From NCBI GenBank assembly GCA_020137815.1, contig CM035355.1, positions 930,001 to 994,000 on the forward strand: 64,000 bases of DNA, in the 5' to 3' direction. Shown piece by piece: positions 53,401 through 61,441 of the stretch. The translations under genes and the position numbers were made by a program. Each line of letters starts with the position of its first letter. Position 1 is the first letter of the stretch. Source of the DNA: Hormiphora californensis. Taxonomy: Eukaryota > Animalia > Ctenophora. The notes under the pieces are model-generated. The model did not search any database. It had not been told where the DNA came from and worked only from the letters and a program-made list of their open reading frames with translations.

Positions 53401-56400
53401 AGGATTGCGAAATCAGTGAACCAATAGCTGACGTATTGAGTTACGTATTAATGGCTTACCTTTTGATGCGTGACAGTAACTGGTCAAGTGAAGGAGTAGA
53501 AATAACATTTGACTAAAATAATAATTTATTAAAAACAAATATTAGCTCTAATTGACTAAACAGAAGTAGACTTTTGAATAAACAGAGTTAGACAGGTCGA
53601 AACACATTATATGGACAAGAACAAGTAAGATCAAACTCGTGTGAAGAGGAAACAAATCGGGAGAGAAAGGAAAGCAAGAAAGAGAGAAAAGGAGAGAGAA
53701 AAGAGAGAAGGAAGAGAGATTCATCTTTAAGAAAAGGAGAGAGAAAAGAGTGAAGGAAGAGAGATCGATGTTTAGGTGGAGAGAGAGAAAGGAGAAATCT
53801 ACAGGAAGGGGGGGGGGGGCTTGTTGTTGAATTATGTACAAGTGTGGAAAGAGAACATTGGTCCGAGGTCTCTCTCTCTCTCCATCTTCGCTCTCCATCT
53901 ATCTTTCCCTATCTTTGTCTTTCTAGCTCTCTCCCCCACACCACCTATCATTGCGGCGTACAATATGGAGAGCGGGAAAGAGAGCGGGGAAGGCAAATGG
54001 AGAGAAAGGTGAATAAAATTAAACATATTCTATCGATTCAGAAAACCCCTGTGTGAGAGATAATGGGACACAAGGAGGGGAAGGAAATAGTTTCATTCAT
54101 CAGTCCCATAACCTGTTCGAACCCCCACGATAAATGAGGGTTAGAACATTCCCAGACTTTTACAAAAACAATTAGCGTATCTATCACTATTATTGAATAA
54201 TTAGCTGATTAACATTACATGCCGTGTAGTGTGTAAAATGTTTTACGAGATGAGCTGTGACAACTAAATATAAGCTTGTACTACTATAGTCTACAAATCT
54301 AAGATAATTATATTATATCCTTGACTAAAGACTGTCCAAGAAAATTAAATATCCATCTGTGCTCTCCATATAAAGAGAGAGAGAGAGAGGGAGAGAGAGA
54401 GAGAGCGTGTATGTATAACACGTTGGTTAAGCACGTGTAGTATAGTCTCTGGGCAAGGTCCGTGAATATAAGAGAGATTAGAGATAATAGTATTGTAGTA
54501 GTTCTAGAACTTAGAGGGAAGCGAGGAATGGTGGAGAGGGAGAAATGACAATTCATCAGAAATTATCAAAAGAAGAAAAGAAAATGATTTAAGGTAACAT
54601 AATACTTTAAATGTTTATCGATTACCTGAGTTGCGAAACAAATCTACCAAACCTAGATTATGACCCTTTTTTAAAAACAATCTTATATATATATTAGTAC
54701 TAACCCCTGTAGAACATACCAACTGTTAACCCCTGTTAACCCCCTGCAGTAACGGTTTGAATGATGATATTGAAACATATGCAAAGTGTTTATTATTTGG
54801 AGAAATCGTATCCACCAGGATTGGGGAACAGTTCTACTCGGCAACACTTGCTGGGCTCAGGTCAGTCACAATTTATTGATTAATTGATGAAATTCCCGAT
54901 ATTTGAAACAGACAAACAAACACACGAATTTGCGACGAAGAATAAAAAAGAGAATACTGAAAATAAAAACACAAATCACACTCCATATATTAAAAGCTAA
55001 ACTTTTGAGTTATTTCCTCTGTATGTTGGAAATCTAACTCTCTCCTCTATACTTGGCATGCTACCATTGACAGCCAATATATTTCCTAGAACAGGAGAGT
55101 TATTTCGACTCACAGTCATCACATTACCTAACACAGGGGAGGTACCCAGCCCTGTAGATGAATGATACTGTTTAGCTGGAAGGGGGCTCTTATTGCCCAT
55201 ATTCTCAATATTATACATGCTTGCTATAGTTCTCCTCCTTACAGCAGGGTCCTGCTTCTCAACCTTGCTCCTAATGTAACTCAGAACAAACTTGCGAAAT
55301 CCTTTGTTCGTTAAGAAGTATATGTAAGGGTTAATGAAACAGGAGGTCTGCATTATGATCAGTGAAAATCTGGCATATTTGATAAGCTGCAGACCGTCCA
55401 TGGTGTCTGTGTATCCGTATATTTCGAAGCAGAGATAAAGATAAGGGAGCTGAGCGATTATATATACAACTGTGGTGACTCCGATAATTAGAAAGTTCCG
55501 TTTTTTGATGAGAGATCCACGGGGACTTGTTGGAGAGAGTGTGCCACTTGATGGCCGTCTTGAACCTAAACAGAGAGAGAGAGAGAGTTAATAATTAATT
55601 AGCAATTATCGCGGTAACTAGCTTTCAATTATTGTATCCGGTGAGGTTCATCTGTAACCTACCTTTGAACCACGCTACGAAGAGAAGTAGAGAGTTGGAT
55701 ATGATTAGTGTTACTACTGGTATTATCAGCACAATACAGGTCATGACCAGGTCCAGGTTCTCCCAATAATCAGGTTGTATAGCTGGCTCATGGGAATCAC
55801 ACGTTAGATAGTTATCTACAAACCTGCAAAGGAATGGAACGTTATTTCCCTATATTACTTTTTAAACCAACTTGCGTCACCATTACATGGTAACCGAATG
55901 TTAACTTTAATGGTAACCATGGTGGTAACTATGGTAACTGGATTACTTACTCTGCAGTGGGATTGTAGATTGCCTTGACCAGGACGACACTAGTGTAAAG
56001 ACACCCACTAAGACCAGCACATAGTGTCACCACTACCCGAGATGTCCGGGTACAGGGTCTTAGAAAGGGGCACAGGCACCTGGGAGAAGAGGTGATTTAG
56101 AAAGGGGCACAAACACCTGGGAGAAGGGGTGATTTAGAAAGGGGCACAAACACCTGGGAGAAGGGTTGGTATCGAAGACACCTCACACTCTTCGCCTTCG
56201 TTTGGCGTGCTTCGCACGCCGTGCCGGCAAGGGAGGGGTAACTTCGTTACCAAGGAGAAGGGGTGATTTAGAAAGGGGCACAGGCACCTGGGAGAAGGGG
56301 TGATTTAGAAAGGGGCACAAACACCTGGGGGAAACTGCTCTGTATGTTCACTGAGAGCTCTTTTTGGAATATTTCTAGATTACGTTGTTACCGGTTTCTA

Positions 56401-58124
56401 ATGACTGAGCAAGTTGTTATGTTAGCAGGTCTGAGTACGCACATTGCACAGTTATGAACTAATAGTGACTCATGATCTACATATGACGTCAGGAGGGCCC
56501 TCATACAGCAGTCTCATGGCGTCTTTTGAGAGAGAGACACCAGGACACTGCATGTTTTGGGAATTTCGTTAGGGGGCATACACTACAATCACTAACATAT
56601 CATGGGGTGACTACAGTCATTAGCTGTGAGAAATGGGGTGACTACAGCAGTCATTAGTTGTGAGAGATGGGGTGACTACAGCAGTCATTAGTTGTGAGAA
56701 ATGGGGAGGTTGCACAATGACTGGTCGGCATGAGGCACGTGACATACACATATATTATTCATTTTATTAAGAAAAGGGGCTCTTCTCTCTAAACCATCTG
56801 TAAATTCTGATAGTTGATTGTTACCTTATTAACTTGTTAAAAACAAGAGCGTTGATGAGAAAGGAATTACAGTCTACAAAGGTATATTTCACAACCATCA
56901 GGGGTCTACAGACAGATGTTAGCTGACTTTGAGTTGTCAGTGAAATTACTGCAGGAAGCACATGGATCAAACCTGGGGAAAGAATAGGGTCGTTATAATC
57001 GGCAATATTCCTTCAATGTGTCTGGTTTTAACGAGTCTTTCTGTCTGTCTTCTCCTCTCTCTCTCTCTCTCTGTTTATCTATCTGTCTATCTATCTCTCT
57101 CTGTCTCTCTCCTTTTATACCATGGAGGAGGTCTGCAACACAGAGATTCTGAATGATCCAAATGGACAGTTTGTCCATCTTTATAGCGCGATGGTAGACC
57201 GTTGAGAAGAGGACAAATGAGTTGCCAGTCCAGCACAGGGCTAGAATGAGCCAATAGTAGGCTGCTATAACGGTCCGCTCTAGGGAGGTCAGGGACCATT
57301 CCGTTTCGTTCATTGTTAGGTGTTCATTTTACTGTAGTGATAATCAGAGGGGTTAGTTGGAGAGACTAACACTTGCTAACAGACAGCTTCATCAAAACGG
57401 AGAAGTATATTATCGAGTTGGGCACAACAATAAATTATTAGTACAACTTTCTAAATTCCTGGCCAGCCAAAAAGCATATGTAAAATTCTTCTTTCGTCTC
57501 AAACAACACGATAATGAAAACTACACATTGCTCTTCTCGAATTATTTATTATTATATCAGCTATATTCTTGAATTATATATGGGGGGGGGTACATATATA
57601 ACTGCTCTCTCAATTCTCTAATCTCCATGTGTTGGATCACAGGAGGATCATCTGTACATTAATCAGGGTTTCTCTCTTCCAATTCACAAACGGATGAGCG
57701 TATAATACAGCATAATAATAGGGCTCAATTAGGCGCCATGGAATGTGTTGCAGATCACTAGTCTCAGAGGTTGAAGAGAGAGAGAGAGAGAGGGATGCTG
57801 ATGAGGGAAAGAGTAGAACAAATATAAGAGGTACCTGGTACCACTTCCCTAGCTCTCTCACCACACCACAAATATTGTAAATAAGGGTTAGTACATAGCA
57901 AACATCTACCCTGGCCTGGAGAATCCTACTAGGATATCCTAGAATAGTTGAGTAGAAAATTCACTACTACAGCTGGAAGAAACTGAAATTAAAAAAAGAA
58001 GAAACGGATTTCAAACAGAATCTAGAAAATATAGTGGTAAATAGTCAGAATGCTCGAAACTACAAGACTAACGACCATATGCTAGAGAAATTCAACCTCT
58101 AGCACCCTCTCTCTCCCTCCCCAC

Positions 58125-58158
<34 letters not shown>

Positions 58159-59191
58159 CCTATCCGAGATCTCTCTAACATCTCTCTGTCATCTCTCTAC
58201 CTCTCGGCTCTCCTCTCTCTCCTCTCCCTCTCTCTGCTCTCTCCCTCACTCTCTCAGTCTCCTCTCTCTCTTCTCATCTCTCTCTCTCTCCTACTCTCTC
58301 TCTTTCCCTCTCTCTCTCTCTCTCTCCTCCCTCTCCTCCCGGCTTCTTCGGCCGCGATGCTCCATCATCCTTCATTCTCAGCGCCGCTCTCCCACCTCTA
58401 GGGGTCGAACTGTTGCTGCGTCTGAGGAGTCTCGTTCCTCTCACAGCTCTGCTTCTTCCTCGATCGCTCAAAACTCAAGGTCTGTTTAGGTGCTTCCTCA
58501 GTGGTGGGCTCGATTGAGGTCTACTATAGAAAATCGCCCAAAAAACAAGCTGTCGTGAGGCCCCGGTTTACCTCGTCTGATTTCAGTTCTCTCAACACCA
58601 ATCTAATCAGATAAATCATAACTATTCATAATGTCTGTGAACAACATCGCAGAGAAATTCCTCAGACGTTGCTGTGAGATTCTCTGGTCAGCAGTCTGTT
58701 TGCAAATCAAAATAACAATGGTCAAATGAACAGTGACTAAAACATTAGCAGTATGGCTTCTACTGTTGACACACCGACAATATAAGATCTTTTGTTTGTA
58801 CCAACACATATCACTCCATCAAAACCTCTGCTGTGGTAAACTAGTCGGACTTCAACCAAATCGCATGCACTCAATTGGTGGTATACCTGTGAGACCTATC
58901 ACTGATACATGAATATTTGGAGGTTGGTTGCATCGGACTATCTGAAACACAAACAACGTTAGTAAAATGTTAGACTTACTGGTAGTCTTCAGGAGAAAAT
59001 TACTCACCCCCGGGATGTGTGTAGAGAAATATCTACTACCAACATTTTATTTCAGGAACTAGTTTATATGAGGGCACTACTTTCCTAATCTGAATCAATT
59101 CCCCTGTTTTCTTACTGCCCCCTATGACTATTTCATACAGAAGTTTCCAGGAAAAATGGTCGGTGCAGCCGCCTAAAGGATGGGGGCGGGG

Positions 59192-59223
<32 letters not shown>

Positions 59224-60593
59224 AGGGGGGGGAGGGGGGGGGGGGGATCCAGAAAGAAAGTAGAGTAATTACGACGAATCCTAGGGTTTTCTTTTTTAAA
59301 AGGGAGGGTAGAATGGGCCCTTCATACTCCTAATCAACCTTTATTACAACTCTCTAGTCTAAGCATACAACTGGCTATACTGCCGCCTTGTAGGCGAATT
59401 AGAGAGGTGGATTAAATGAGGATACTATTAATACTTCAGGGGGTTGCTTTGTTTTATTTATCTCATCTAATGTAATAAAAACACACCTTTATAAAATCAA
59501 TAACACGCTCTATTAGACAAACTCTTCACAAGAACAATTGGTTAAACACTCTGGTACACGATAGACAAACATGGTGTTTCAATTTAAAACCATTTGTTCC
59601 CACACTTTTATGGACAATATTATAGCCAGAAGAGAGTGTATAGGATTAGATACTGCAGAAGAGGGATGGATATATTAACCAATGATACAAACGAAGATTC
59701 TAGTCAAGATATCACGTATTTTAGGCAAATGCTACCGGACCTTTAAAGCACATCCAATAGTAGATTTGTGCACAAGCTCTGAAAGATGATATTCACGTTG
59801 GAGGGAGATTGCCTCTCGGTTAAGTACACACCGTTCGTGAAATCAGGGTATAAGGTTTATACGGGGGTTTTATTTCGAAAAGAAAGGTAATAGATTGAAT
59901 AAAAAAATCTATTGAATGGTTAACATGATTGTTGACGAGTCAAGCTTGAGAGAGGGAGAAAAGAGAAGAGAGAGGGGGAGGATGGGAGGAGGATGATGGG
60001 TGACTGTTTGTGTGTAGTGAGAGGGCAAAAGAGCAAGTGACGCGACACGTTTTGGTATTGAGGGCGACAGGGAGATTGGGAAGAGCACGTGTTTTCATTC
60101 ATTTGTTGACCATCACTCACTACTGTCCTGAACATGGGCATGAGGGGGCAATTGCATAGTCCTCGACTCTCTCTCTCTATCTATATCTATCTATATCTCT
60201 ATCATTATATTCTATATAGATATGATATATCCTCATCTTATTTCATGAGGGGGGGGGGGGGGGGCAATTGCATTACAGTTGCTCTCTCTCTCTCTTCCTA
60301 ACCACGCCATAGGATTATAGAAGGGGTGGTAAGATAAAAGCACTGTTTGTAGCTTATGGCAGTTAACAATCCTAGTTTGGAGACCATGATGAAGAACATG
60401 AATTAAGGATGGCAATACTATGGTGGGTGTGATAAACAAAGGGGAATGCCAGCGAAAAAAGGAGAAAAAAAGAGAGAAGAAAAAAACGGGTGAAGGAAGA
60501 GAAGGCGATGGATGGAGTGGTCTAGTTGGGGGAAAACCAAAATAAAAATAAGACAAGTTGCTTGTAGAGAGGCTGATGAAGAGAAGATAGATA

Positions 60594-60624
<31 letters not shown>

Positions 60625-61379
60625 GAGAGAGAGAGATGAGAGACGAGAGAGAGAGAGAGCGGAGAGAGAGGCGAGAGGATGAGCTGATAGTCTATATTCT
60701 CTCGCTATGATCTCTCTCTTCTATAAGTGCTCGAGATCTCAGCTCATATCCTCTATATCTAGATCGCGCTCTCTTAGCTCTCCTCTCTCTCTCTCTCTCT
60801 CTTGCTTGTTTTCTCACACAGCCAGGGTGGTATTATGATATTTGACAGGTATTAACAATTAATCGAGATATGGATAGGAGCACGTGACTTTTGGGATATG
60901 AAATCAGCGGGAAATGGAGGAAAGGAGAGAGAGAGAGAGAGCAGGCGAGGGAGAGAGAGAGATGAGAATGGGAGAGAGGTACGAGAGGACAGGACTCTCA
61001 GGATGAGGAGCGGCGAGGATAGAAGGACCCGGAGAGAGGAAGAGCAGCAGAGAGATGAAGAGCGGTTGGGAGTGTGAGATCGGACGACTAGAGGGAGAGA
61101 GAGAGGGAGCGGAGAGAGAGGAGAGCGAGAGAGAGAGAGAGAGAGAGAGCTGAGAGAGGGAGAATCGTGACTGACTGATAAATATTGAACGACAATCCTG
61201 CGGCTGGTAGACAAACTGAGAATATGCAAATCGTGAACCACAACGAAATCGGAGAGATAGAATAAGGAACAGCGGCATGGGAGAGAACGACAGCAAGGTC
61301 TGGGAGAGACGGAGAACTTATAGTGATAGCAGTAAGGTGAAAAGGAGGGAGAGACGTCATGATGAGAAGGGGAGAAAGA

Positions 61380-61441
<62 letters not shown>

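Noticed and set aside
54997-57313. Possible opsin
   Set aside because: The TM7 position of the retinal-binding lysine is Gln (MQTSCFINPYIY).
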